DNA of 64,000 nucleotides from Octopus bimaculoides (taxonomy: Eukaryota): positions 113,470,789-113,534,788 of the forward strand of contig NC_068981.1 in the NCBI RefSeq assembly GCF_001194135.2. Direction: 5' to 3'. This document shows, one piece after another, positions 33,701 through 46,278 of the stretch (its first letter is position 1; every line of letters starts with the position of its first letter). The translations under genes and the position numbers were made by a program. The notes under the pieces were generated by a model. The model worked only from the letters and a program-made list of their open reading frames with translations, was not told the DNA's origin and did not search any database.

Positions 33701-35190
33701 ATCAGAAGATACGAGACGGTGGCAGGGACAAAAGTTAACATGGACAAGTCCGTCAGTTTGCGGCTCGGCACCTGGAGCAGCAAGCCGATAACGTTCAGTG
33801 TCGTAGGGCACTGGACAGATGATCCTGTTAAGTTGCTCAGAGTTTGGTTTGGTTCGGACTCTCAGACGAAGAAGAATTGGAGTGAGGTGACGGACAGGGT
33901 AGAAGCGCTAACCCGGAATTGGTCCGGAAGAGCGCTGTCCCTGAAAGTGAGGGCGGAGGTGGTGCAGACGTTTATCGCGTCTGTTATCATCTACCGTCTG
34001 ACCGTCGTCCCTTGCCCCGATTCGTGGCTATGCAAGCTGGTAAGGATTCTCTTCCGCTTTTTGTGGAGGGGAAAACCGCTTGTGAGGCGCTCCGTGTACT
34101 GTTAAGAACCGCTAAATGGTGGCTTAGGGATGCAGTGGTTAATGATGTGCAAATATGCACTGAGACTAAGGCATCTCTGGCTCTACCTGGATGGTGGTCA
34201 GGTGTGGAATTCGCTCGCAGGGGAATTCTTTCCACGATCAACCTCCTTGGAGGAATTTAAACCCGGTTTGATTAAAAGACAAAAAACGACTGAATGGCAA
34301 AAGGAATGTCGGCAGGCACTCGCGCTAATCAGCAAGGCGGGCAAGGCCGGCAGCGGGGATACCACCTCTGCATTTTATAAAGGGTTGGTAGAGTACAAAA
34401 GTGACGACGTTCGAGGAGAGACACTGGGACTCGATGAGAACCAGCTATCCAAACTGTTTCAGAACACTTTCAGGGTGGGGTATTTAGATAACTACCAAAG
34501 ATCCCTGACCTGGCAGTGTTTTAGGAATGCGTTTCCTATTCACGAGAAATTGTCCAAGCACGGATTGTCAGTACCACCGGAATGTCCAAGGTGCGGGCAG
34601 GACAAGGAAACTATCCTGCACGCTCTTGTACAGTGCACACAGCTGTCGGAGCTGACAATTTACGTAGAACACGTGTTGTCACACCTAGGGAAAGTACAGC
34701 TATCGGCTGAGTCTGTGATTAAGAGCGTACCGCCCACTGGGCTATCTAAAGAAGGTGAAGCTTGTTTTCTATGTACAGTTGCAGTAATGAAAGAGTGTGC
34801 ATGGAGAACTAGAATACAAGGAATCAAGACAGGAACCTTCATCTCCGGCACTGGAATGCTACTATATTTTAGGTATCACCTGAAAAGCAAGATAGGGCTG
34901 GAGAGAAGGCACCTGTCGAGAATCGTATATGAGAAAAGATGGAAAGGTGTGGCAAAGAAGTTAGGAATAAATGTCCCTTCTTAATCCCCCCCCCATGGTA
35001 AAAACAGGGTGTAGTCGCTGGTCAACCAGCCAAATGTCGAACAAATAAGTTATCCTTTAAAAAAACTATAATTATATATACATTTTTAAAAACGATTTTT
35101 ATATAAACTCGCTGAGCACTTCTCTATGTTTGTAAGGTCCTGTACCGTCCCCTCTATGTCTCGATAATATATTTATCATAATTAAAAAAA
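30755..35190 (+). mobile_element. Tx1/L1-like LINE copy B, near full length (ORF1 from 30758, ORF2 to 34984, A7 tail)
   Basis: ORF1 CFKCGEKVHVRSEC knuckle; APE; RT YTDD; CPRCGQDKETILHALVQC; about 435-bp deletion at 33268/33269. Confidence 0.95.
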
Positions 35191-35201
35191 CAGGTGATTG
35201 T

Positions 35202-35246
35202 CACACGCTGATGACGGGTCAATATACGGAAACTCGGGTCCGTGTG
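35202..35246 (+). ncRNA. Type I hammerhead ribozyme, intact core, 11 nt after the Tx1 A-tail
   Basis: CACACG-CTGATGA-CG..CG-GAAAC-TCGG-GTC^CGTGTG; stem II is only 2 bp. Confidence 0.8.
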
Positions 35247-35474
35247 TATCACGTCAGGTTGAAGATGGGAAGGATGGCTTCCCTTTGCAAATACTGATAG
35301 CACACAGAAAGTGTGTCAATAGACAGCTGGAGGAGGTGTTCTCCTGGGGCTACAAGATACAGTAGCATGCACCCTTAAGGGTTAGCGACATTTAAGTGGC
35401 AAATATACTTCACGATGACGTGCAGCTACTGTTTATACCTCGTTCAGAGATTTATATATATTAGTTTATGTATA

Positions 35475-35789
35475 TATTGATATTATTTCAGTTTAAAAAA
35501 ACCTTGACAATGTAAATCTGTTCATAGTTACCATGGGTAGCAAAAATCACACAAAAAAACAGGGTATCACACCCGTTTTATAGGTAGAGATACCAAATTA
35601 AAGCGATGGATGCATTTTGAGTAGATATGAATAATAACAATAAATGGAGCAAAATGCATATAAATAAAAGTTCCTTTAATTCCTGCATATGTTTCAAAAT
35701 ATATGTGCACTCTACTCCAAAGAAGTAAGTGCTGCTGGAATTGCACATATATTCATCGTCAGGGAACCAACATATGTTGGTTCCCTGAC
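35475..35789 (-). mobile_element. Hammerhead-bearing non-coding repeat; second copy at about 46275-46570
   Basis: Two diverged copies in the same orientation; HHR at 35680-35766 has a GCA cleavage triplet (defective). Confidence 0.8.
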
Positions 35790-36164
35790 NNNNNNNNNNN
35801 NNNNNNNNNNNNNNNNNNNNNNNNNNNNNNNNNNNNNNNNNNNNNNNNNNNNNNNNNNNNNNNNNNNNNNNNNNNNNNNNNNNNNNNNNNNNNNNNNNNN
35901 NNNNNNNNNNNNNNNTATATATATATATATTTAATTGTATCAAGGACCTATAATCCTTTAAGGGATTTTAACATCCTAGTCCTCTGGTTTATACCAGTGT
36001 TCAGTGTAAACGCAATATATTAGTTTTACTTTGATATATATGTAGGTATTTAAAATATTTATGAATGGGAATGTTCAAATCCATATAATTTCATTATATG
36101 GGTTTGCATATTTTTAAATAAACTGATGTCTGCATGACAATTTCTCCATTTTCTTCTTTTGTTC

Positions 36165-36236
<72 letters not shown>

Positions 36237-36240
36237 ATAC
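36165..36240. repeat. (TA)n(TG)n microsatellite; (TCTA)n(TCTG)n(CATA)n at about 36900-37035
   Basis: Seen directly. Confidence 0.95.
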
Positions 36241-36556
36241 GTACATACATACATAAATACACACGCATACATGTATACACACACAAACAACACAAACACA
36301 CACACGCACACACACGTATTTATACACACTCATATATACATTCATATTAAGATATGCACGCTCACGCAAAACATATCAGTCTTTATTTATCAAATTTCAC
36401 ACACAGTACTTCGGTTGACCACAAGCTTTGGTAGTTGAAATTGTTTGGAAGTGTTACGCAGTGGAATTAAGAACCAAATGACTGCAAAAAAACTTTCTTA
36501 ACCACATTGCTGTACCAGCACCAATATGGAACACAAAATTATTTGTTATTAGTTAC

Positions 36557-36671
36557 CTGTAATTTCCAAGTTTGCTCTCATTTGAAATCTCTTCATTGCT
36601 TTGATATACGCTATTTTTGGGTCGTTAAGTGTGTAATCTGGTGTCAGGTAACCATATCGTATGAGATAATT
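36557..36671 (-). CDS. MMP: MMP coding exon 2 (prodomain, PG-binding-like helices)
   Basis: ttttctttcag acceptor; NYLIRYGYL...AMKRFQMRANLEITG; gtaact donor, phase 1. Confidence 0.96.
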
Positions 36672-36904
36672 CTGAAAGAAAACAAATTTCAAATTTTTCA
36701 ATATAAAGTTTTATGGTTGTGCAGAAAAGCAAAAATAGCAGTAATTATGTTTGCATATGAAGAACTCTTTATTTTCCCAATTTCCTCCTTGTAGTTTATA
36801 CACTTGATTGTCTAATTACTGAGATAATTGTTATCAAAAGTAACATTGAACAGTAGTTCAAAGTAATATCCACAAGTGTTCATACATTTATAATTTGATA
36901 TCTG

Positions 36905-37003
<99 letters not shown>

Positions 37004-37329
37004 GCAAATATACATACATACATACATACATACATCCACACTCAACATACAGAAAAGTTCATTAAACCGGCCTAATCAAATATAGAGACAAGCTGTTCAT
37101 GCAGAGATAGCGTCACATGCCCATTAAACGATCAATGTAACACATGAGCTATCTTTTAACACTGTAGTCAACAATTACAAGAGCTCATTTAAAATCCAGG
37201 AGAGATGTAACATCACATTAGTGTGACACATGACAATTGAAAGGAAAGGTACAATCAACTGGATAGTATTGAAAAAGTGCACTTTGTTAAGCTAAGAAAA
37301 GGTTTAATCTAAAGAATTTGTTCTACCCA

Positions 37330-38345
37330 TGGACCCTCACTCAGTCAGTCAGTCACTCACTCACTCAGTCAGTCAGTCAGTCACTCACTCACTCACTCAC
37401 TCCTGCTCCTGCTCGATAGGGCTGATGTCATCCCAGGTTAGTGGCCTTTTTGCATTTTCCAAGATAACGCCGAGCCTCTGGAGAACTTCCTTAATCACGT
37501 CCATACATCTGGTGCAGGACATGTCATGGGGCCTCTTCCAGCCCACAGTTGCTGCGTTGAACGAGAGTAAGGCCCTGGTAGGAAGATCTGGTAGGAAAGA
37601 GGAGTTCTTCCTGCTCATCCGCACGCAGCTCTCGACACTGCTACAGAGCCGTTGGAACAGGGCAGTGAGATTGGGAAGCGCGCTGACGGGTTCGAGAAGT
37701 TTCCAGAGAAATGCGTGGTTGGCCGCGTCGAATGGTGCCTTCAGGTCAACGAAGGCGATGTAGAGGCGGCAATCTTCGCGGAACACCCAAGATCTTTCAA
37801 TAAGGAGAGGAAAGGCAAAAATAATATCGGCAGCAGAACGATTTAGCATGCATCCAATTGCTGTAGGCGGCGTCTGCTTTTAATGGCTGGAAGAGCACGA
37901 CGGAGGAGGTTCCTAGTGAAGAGCTTGCCTGGAATAGAGAGGAAGGTGATGCCTCTGAGGTTGCTGCAGACGAATCTATCGCTCTTCCGTTTCCAGTAGG
38001 GGAGGATGATACCCAGTAATTTGGAGGCTGCTCTGACGCCCTTCTATAGTTGATGATGCGGATGAGCCACTGGGTCATGTTTTCTCTGCGGTGATAGTGT
38101 ATATTTCAGGGGCTTTGCAGTTGTTGAGCTTTTTCAGGGCAGCACTGACTTCGTGAGGGGTGGGGTGACAAGTTCGAGTCTGCAAGTATCGTTGGTTGCG
38201 GCTGTCTGCTGTGATGGTTAGTCTGGAATTGATTGTGACAAGTAGGTGATGAAGGCTGAAGTGATCTTTCCAGCGTTGGAGGCGGAGTTTCCACAGTGAT
38301 GATGTTGCCATTGGTATCCTTCATCAGGTTGTAGATACATTTTAG
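37330..38345 (-). mobile_element. RTE-clade LINE fragment with (GAGT/GACT)n tail
   Basis: CRLYIAFVDLKAPFDAANH..LWKLL; GRPHTSW-like 3' region. Confidence 0.8.
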
Positions 38346-38608
38346 CCAAGGTCCGCCTCTTCTTTCCCCCTCTCTCCCTTTCTCTCCCTGCCGATCTCGT
38401 TCTTACATCCTTTTCATCCCACAATTACAGATACATAAAAAATTGAGTGGACAGTTCCCACACGAATGCTCACATGTAGGACAGTGGCTAAAAGGAAAAA
38501 TATAAGTTTTAATTCCTGGATTTCGTTCCATTTTTCGTTTTACATCTCTGAGTCTCGTAAACTAAATGTAGTGTTTTTAGATTTCCAGTACAGGGGAGTC
38601 CAATTCAA

Positions 38609-38656
38609 TCATGTCTGACGACTATTAGATCAATACGAAACTCTTCGGTAGCATGA
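38609..38656 (+). ncRNA. Type I hammerhead motif, intact core
   Basis: TCATGT-CTGACGA-CTATT..AATAC-GAAAC-TCTTCG-GTA^GCATGA; C.C mismatch at the base of stem II. Confidence 0.7.
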
Positions 38657-38829
38657 AACTAAATATATGTACACATAATTGGTCAGTTTTTCATAAATCC
38701 AAAAGCACATTAAACTTTTTGAGCAGTAATATTTTATGTAGTCGTTGAATATGACCGGTCAAATTACCATTGGTTTGACAGGCCATAACTAACGATTACA
38801 GTATGTATGTATGTATTTATGAATGTATG

Positions 38830-39238
38830 TCAGTGGATAGGGCAGCAGACTCGCGATCATAGGATCGCGGTTTCGATTCCCAGACCGGGCGTTTTGAGTG
38901 TTTATTGAGCGAAAACACCTAATGTTCCACGAGGCTACAGCAGGGGGGGTGGGGTGGCGAACCCTGCTGTACTCTGCCACCACAACTTTCTCTCACTCTT
39001 TCTTCCTGTTTCTGTTGTACCTGTATTTCAAAGGGCCAGCCTTGTCACACTCTGTGTCGCGCTGAATCTTCCCCGAGAANNNNNNNNNNAAGGGCCAGCC
39101 TTGTCACACTCTGTGTCGCGCTGAATCTTCCCCGAGAACTACGTTAAGGGTACACGTGTCTGTAGAGTGCTCAGCCACTTTCACGTTAATTTCACGAGCA
39201 GGCTGTTCCGTTGATTTGATTAACCAAAACCCTCGTTT
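38830..39238 (+). mobile_element. tRNA-derived SINE
   Basis: B-box GGTTTCGATTCCC at about 38868-38880; a 49-bp duplication across the small gap is probably an artefact. Confidence 0.75.
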
Positions 39239-39249
39239 TTAAATCACAT

Positions 39250-42200
39250 ATCGTGCCTTTCTTTATGAATGAGCTACTCCACATCGGTCACCGGAGTGAT
39301 ATTTGATTACTCTATAGAGTGTCTGAGTGTCGGTTTGGTGTATGGAATGGGAGAGCTTAACTCATCGGCAGGTAGAAACTCTTCAACCTTGGTTGGTAAT
39401 CTACCTAGGAGAAGAAAATCTCCGAAACAAAACCTGAGGACTTGGAAGTTCCTAGTTTTGTCAATTTTCATGTCACATCGGCGAAAGTCTTCTCTTCTTA
39501 GGACAATAGGTGGGGTTAGTGCAGTGCAAGCTACACCCACTGAAAATTATTCATATGCACAGGTACTTCCTGTACTCCAAATCTTAGTAAAATCATTCAA
39601 TTGGTTGGTTGGTAGAAACCTAAAAATGCACTTGTAACTTATTCTAAAATGTCTCAAACAGATTCAGTAACTGGCAAAAAAGGCTTGCGAACGTCAGGGA
39701 AACAGGTCTGGCTCGGCAGGTGTCCCAGTGTGTCACAGGCTGGACCCGGTCGTCATCCTGCCACTGTGGTCAAACGATCTTCAAGAAAAAGTAAAAATAA
39801 ACATCTTTTGAATTTCGGTTGTTGGAATGTGTGCACACTTCTTGATGATAATTTCACGAAGAGGCCAGAAAGGTGTACTGTACTTATTGCATGTGAGCTC
39901 AAGAAATATTCCCTTGATATAGTTGCGCCCTCCGACACTCGTCTCTCTGGTGAGGGTCAAGTAAATGGATATACTATCTTTTGGAGAGGTCTACTTAAGG
40001 GTCAGCGTAGAGAATCTGATGTTGGGTTTGCTTACTAGATTACATTAGTATTCTCCATTGCAGAAATTCCAAGTGGTATACCTGAACGGATCATGTCATG
40101 CCGAATTACACTGACAAAAGGTAGGTATCTTACCGTTGCCAGTATTTATGCATCAACAATGTCCCATTCTGATGAATCTAGTACAATTATTGAGGAAAGT
40201 ACCAATTTCTGTCAAGCTGGTCATATTGGTAGATTTCTATACAAGAGTTGGAAAGGGCTATGTTTCATGGCCTGTGTTCGGTCGATATGGTATTGGAAAA
40301 TGTAATAAAAATGGAGTAGCTCTTTTGACGTTTTGTACTGAGAATAATCTGGTTGTCACCAACACTCTGTTTAAGCAGAAAAAAAAATATAAAACCATCT
40401 GGATGCACCCAAGATCTAAGCACTGGCATCTCATAGATTATATTCTGATCAGGAACCGTGATATGGAAGATGTTTCTAGTGTTCGGGTTATGAGAGGGGC
40501 AGAGAGCTGGACTGACCATCATCTAGTGCGTAGAAAAATAGATTTTTCGATAATCGACAATCTGGTCCTTAGGTATCCAAAAAGTTAAATGTTGCAAACT
40601 TTAAATTATCAAGCGACTTGCAGATTCCACGATGTTATAGAAAGTAGCAATATTGACCTCAACAATTTATGGGAAGATTTCAAAACAAAAGTATTTCAGG
40701 CTGCAAGTTCGTCGGTGGGATTTAAATCTCATAAATCCAGTGACTGGCTCTTAGACAGATCAATAGAAATTCATGATCTACTTTTAGAAAAACAAAACTT
40801 GAACCCCAATTCAAACGAAGCTTACAGAAAGCTGAAAAGGAAAGTGCAGACTGCTCTAACGAAAATTAAACAGGAATGATGGAATGATAGAGCAAGAGAG
40901 GCACAAGAAGCAGCTGATAGAGATGATGACAAGGGTTTGTACTCTTATGTTAAAGAGGTATTTGGCCCAAAATCTTCCTCAATAGCTCCAGTGAGAACAG
41001 TAAATGAACGTTTTCTTCTGAGTGACACCGCTTCTATTCATAAGCGTTGGGTAGAACATTTTTCTGCTCTTTAAAATAGACCATCATCCGCTGACATGAG
41101 GATGATAGAAAGAATTGAACACCTAGTTATAGAAGAGATGGCATTTGAACCAACTCTAATGACATTTATTTAGTTGTGAATAAGCTGAATAAGTCTTCAG
41201 TGTTTGATGGAATCTGTGCAGAAGTCTTGAAAGATGGGGGTGACAAAATGTTTGAACTCTTAAATATATTAATTTGTCACTGTTGGAGAACTGAGAAAGT
41301 GCCTCAAGACTAGATTGATGCCATTTTAGTCTCCTTGTATAAAGCAGGACCAAAGGATCTGTGTGGTAATTTTCGTGGGATTTCGCTTTTGTCTGTGGCT
41401 GGAAAGGTACTTGCCCGCATTTTGTTAGAACGTTTAAATACCTTTATAGTTCCAAATATAGTGTCTGAGTCTCAGTGTGGCTTTCGCTCCTCCGGGGGCA
41501 CAGCTGATTGTATTTTTACTGTCATACATACAAGAAAAGTGCATTGAACAGAATCTTGTTCTATACCAATGATTTGTTGATCTGAGCAAAGCATTCGATA
41601 CCGTTAATCGAAAAGGACTGTGGCTAATTCTAAGGAAAATAGGTTGCCCAGAAAAATTTGTAAACATGGTCAGAGCTTTGCATCAAGATTTTGGTGGTAG
41701 GCTCTCTGGATCTTTTGTTGTGGAAAATGGAGTAAAGCAAGGAGACCTGATGCACCCACCTTATTTGCAATATACTTTGTTGTTGTGTTGTCACATGCTT
41801 TTCAAAACTCTGAGGAGGGTATTTACATAAAATATTGAACAACAGGGAACGTTTTTAATCTGACCAGACTGAAATTCAAAACGAAGGTTTTTACTTCATT
41901 CATTAAGGAACTTTTATATGCTGACGATTGCGATCTTGTCAGTCATTCTGGAACAGGTCTGCAATATCTTGCATCTGCATTTGACACAGCTTGTGATGAT
42001 TTTGGCCTGACCATCAATCTGAAAAAAACCCAGTTGTAATGCATCAACCTGCATATGGTTTATAACCCCATTAAAATTTTTGGTAAGGGAAAGTTACTTT
42101 CTTTTACTTCAAACACAGATGTCATTGCATCTGCAGGCTTCACCTCAATTAAAGCTATGATTTTGTGGTACCAATTGAGATGGTGTGACCATATTGTTCG

Positions 42201-42570
42201 AATAGTGGATGAACGCATGCCGAAACAGCTGTTTTATGGTGAGCTTGCAGAGGGGAAATGCTATCGGCGTAAACCTAAAAAAAATTTTAAGGATGGCATA
42301 AAGCCTACTATGAAGTCACTTTGAATGGTTCCAGAAGATATAGAAACTCTTGCTTCGGAGCGAGTTGGATGGCGAACAAAGATGTGGACTGGAGTAAAAG
42401 CATTTGAAGAGGCCAGGGTAACGCAAGTAAGACTCAAAAGACATCTAAGGAAGAATGTTACGATCGAGAAGGTGAATGACAATGACGTTTTTGTGTGTAT
42501 AGTCTGTGATAGACCATGCCTGTCTTTTGCTGGCCTCAAATCTCATCAAAGGACATGTTAAGATCCACAA
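39250..42570 (+). mobile_element. RTE-clade LINE, near full length, decayed
   Basis: APE FGCWNVCTLLD...TWMHPRSKHWHLIDY-like; RT FRGISLLSVAGK, DLSKAFD, YADD; terminal C2H2 CIVCDRPCLSFAGLKSHQRTC*. Confidence 0.93.
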
Positions 42571-43059
42571 AGAGCAGAACTTATCTGTAGGTCTTGATGG
42601 TCCAAATCAGAGGTGCAATCTATGTGGGTGTCTTTTCAGAACATTGTCTGGTTTATATTTAAATGATAAACTTCTGGAAAGTTTTACAGATTTTTACAGT
42701 TCTTGTGATGGACTGGATCTGTAGTCTTCGCATTATCTTTCTCCTTTCTGGCTAGGTATAAACCTGAACTTGTAATCGGGATAGAATAATTGCAGATTAT
42801 TCTCTTTTTCACTGATTATTGTAATCAGGATAGAGTAATTGCAGATTATTCTCTTTTTTATGTCAACATCTGCCGGTCAGCTAATTCTCACAACTGTACA
42901 GCTAATTCCTACAACAGTTTCTCTTCTCTATCACAAAAAATTATATCAGGTTTGTATGTATGTATGTATGTATGTATGTATGTATGTATGTATGTATGCA
43001 TGTATGTATGTATGTATAAAAATCGTCAGTGTATCATATATCAGAAAAAGAAGCACACT

Positions 43060-43870
43060 CTAAGGCATAGAGCAGTAATGTATTTATATGTAGTTAAGTC
43101 TATGTCCGGTCTTAGAGTGACCAATGGTTTCGTATCCTCAAAGGGCTTAGCCTCATAGGAGTCTCGTCAAACTCTAAGCCGAAGACACATGTAACTCTTC
43201 TCTTCTGGGAAGTAGGAATCCGTTACGGTCATTTGGTCGGTCAGTCACCAAAGAATAAATACTCCGGGGTCAGCGAGAACAGGTTACCTCCCTTAGACCA
43301 GTTCATCTGGGCCAAAACAGAGGGAACAGGGGATTTTTCCCTTGATCTGCTTTTAGATCGTAAGGACCCTTCCGGGTCTGATCGGAGAACGGGGAATCCC
43401 ATGCTTGCAGCAGATAGCGTTTGAAATTGATGCAAAGACTACATTTCCTGGCGAGTGTTCAGTGATCCAGGTTTTAGGGAATCTTTGAGTATCCTTGTTT
43501 GCTCAGGTATAGAAAGCTTGCAGCGTTCGCTCCCATTAATGAGAGGACCCGGCCGCTCTTAGATCTCCCACTTAATATCGTCTGGAGTCCTTTCATCTTT
43601 GAGGTGTCACACTTGGTTGGCTAGAGATGTGATGAATCGTCTTTCTGGAATCCTGAAAGTGGGCCTATGGTTGTACAGGCGCCGCTTGAAGGCCATCCTG
43701 GCTGACCCTATATACTTCCAGGCTTTGCTAGCGCATCTCCATTGGCTTCGGATCTGGATATATTGTTGCCGCCGGTGTTACTGGAGCTGCCATCAATGCT
43801 GTTATCATTACCTGGCGTCAGTCCAGCGATATCGCTGCGGCTGTTGTCGTTGCAGCCGTTTTCACAAACT
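43060..43870 (-). mobile_element. Penelope-like element 3' part (GIY-YIG) with hammerhead at 43111-43178
   Basis: YIGSARMAFKRRLYNH...SLAK...DDIKWEI; HHR CTTAGAGT-TTGACGA-...-GAAAC-CATTG-GTC^ACTCTAAG. Confidence 0.88.
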
Positions 43871-45479
43871 CTTGGCTATTTTTCATAGAAGTTGATGTAT
43901 TGTACATGTGTATTTTACACTGTTTTGCTCATGCTCTTTTCTCTCTTTTTATTGCATGTCCTTTATGTACATTTTTGTTCTTACCATTTGTTATACATTA
44001 TTCCTTTTTGCTACAGTTTATTTGTTGTTTTCGCATCTTTCCCTCACAGTCATTCTTCTGGTCCGAGGGTAGTAGTAGTAGAAGCATGTTCACAGTTTGG
44101 CTCTTTACCATATTTTGACTCATCACGTGATGATCGAGTTACCCTATCACGTGACAGACCAGCCAAGCATTTGCTATTTTAGGAAGCCTTTCCCGCTATT
44201 TCTTCAGTGAGGTGGGTTACACGGTGGAGTTCGGATGTTCGGCAGAGAGTAACTTTATTGTCACAGGTATTCTTTGACGCATACGTTGTTCCTATCCTCC
44301 AGCAGAAGTTATGTCTCGTATTTATTTTTCCTGTTCTATCTCGCATACATCATCATTATGTACCAATTGCATGTTAAACTATTGTGTATATATTCTGACC
44401 TTTCTTTCAAAATGTATCTCAACAGCTTTGCCGTCTTAATGCTTTTTAACTGGTTGAATAAATCGTCACATTTAATTCTGGTTTCCTCATCCTTCCATTA
44501 TCTATACATGCAGCCTTACTCAAACCAGCATTATTTATCAACTCAACTTCAGCTGTTAAACCTGCTTATATTTTTTGTATTCTTATATCCTTTTATTACA
44601 TACCCTTATTATATCTTATAGTTTATCTTATATATAGATATTATATTTTTGTTGGTTTTCGTTTCTTTCCTATTCTATAACTTATATCTTTTATTTTTTA
44701 TTTTATATTTTTATTATGTCTTATGATATTTCTTATTGTATTCTTGTTTCTTTGGTTTTAATTTGTCTCGCATTGTCAATCCCAGATTCTTAGGTAAAGA
44801 TATGTATACGATTGTTTCACAAGAGTATTCCGTATATAGGGAATTGTGGTATGCATTGTGTATGTACCTGTGCCTGTATGTATGTGCATATTCATATATG
44901 TGAATATACGTGTATATATANNNNNNNNNNNNNNNNNNNNNNNNNNNNNNNNNNNNNNNNNNNNNNNNNNNNNNNNNNNNNNNNNNNNNNNNNNNNNNNN
45001 NNNNNNNNNNNNNNNNNNNNNNNNNNNNNNNNNNNNNNNNNNNNNNNNNNNNNNNNNNNNNNNNNNNNNNNNNNNNNNNNNNNNNNNNNNNNNNNNNNNN
45101 NNNNNNNNNNNNNNNNNNNNNNNNNNNNNNNNNNNNNNNNNNNNNNNNNNNNNNNNNNNNNNNNNNNNNNNNNNNNNNNNNNNNNNNNNNNNNNNNNNNN
45201 NNNNNNNNNNNNNNNNNNNNNNNNNNNNNNNNNNNNNNNNNNNNNNNNNNNNNNNNNNNNNNNNNNNNNNNNNNNNNNNNNNNNNNNNNNNNNNNNNNNN
45301 NNNNNNNNNNNNNNNNNNNNNNNNNNNNNNNNNNNNNNNNNNNNNNNNNNNNNNNNNNNNNNNNNNNNNNNNNNNNNNNNNNNNNNNNNNNNNNNNNNNN
45401 NGTGGAGGCAAAGATGCGTCTCATTTACTTGACAATTTATGCACCACATTGCAGAAATCACAATGTAAGTATATCTGAA

Positions 45480-46226
45480 AGGGTAGTCTTACACTGTTGT
45501 ACCGTTGAATTACAAATAATGCTCATCTGTTATGTTCAGGTTAAAATTTCATCAACATCAAAAATATATGAATTTTCATGGGAGTTATGGCCGTTATACA
45601 TAGAATATAATTTCCAAATTTCATAAAGATCCGTTCAGTACTTTTGACGTAGTTTTGGATAAGAAAACAAATGACTAATGTGTGTGTTTGTGTGTGATGG
45701 GTGTATATATGTATAGATATCTGTATGCATGTATATATATGTATATATGTGTACATATTACATGTACATCTATATATATCTATATATATATCTACACATG
45801 TGTATACATATATATGTATGCATATAAATCTATATCTATATATATATATATCTATGCATATACGTGTACATATACATGTATATGTATACATATACATCTC
45901 TTTCTCTCTTTCTCTCTCTTTCTCTCTCTTTCTCTCTTTCTCTCTTTCTCTCTCTCTGAAAGTATCTGTCATTACAGTATCGAAATGTGATTGTTTCAGT
46001 TAGTAGAATAGTTTCATTTTTAAAGTGAAATTATTTGACATGAGTGTTTTTGTTTCACTTTTGATACGTAATACTTAAATAGTGGAGGAGATATTATGTT
46101 GCCGTGGGCTCGAACTCTGCAAGAAGTTAAAATTATTTTTACTAAAACACAACTGGAACCCTAAGTAAGGCATCTGTAAAATTTGAATGAAATTGGTTGC
46201 GTAGTTCTCGAGTTTTAGGGATTCAC

Positions 46227-46257
<31 letters not shown>

Positions 46258-46278
46258 TTCTCATTTTTATATATATCG
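45480..46278. mobile_element. Helitron/Helentron-like non-autonomous repeats (about 45480-45960 minus, about 46030-46278 plus); another at about 48530-48925 plus
   Basis: ...aaatttgaatgaaattggttgcgtagttctcgagtttta..(ACAG)n..ttttatatatatcgat and ..attatagtatagat termini are typical of DINE-1/HINE-like repeats. Confidence 0.55.

Noticed and set aside
35757-35789. Perfect 32-bp palindrome next to a hammerhead
   Set aside because: It ends exactly at a gap, so a real PLE-type inversion cannot be told from a read artefact.
39031-39139. 49-bp direct repeat inside a SINE
   Set aside because: The copies flank a 10-N gap; most likely contig-end overlap.
44120-44280. TCACGTGA palindromes and CTGAAGA (minus) suggesting an LTR or another hammerhead
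   Set aside because: No paired LTR and no coherent stems; left unassigned.
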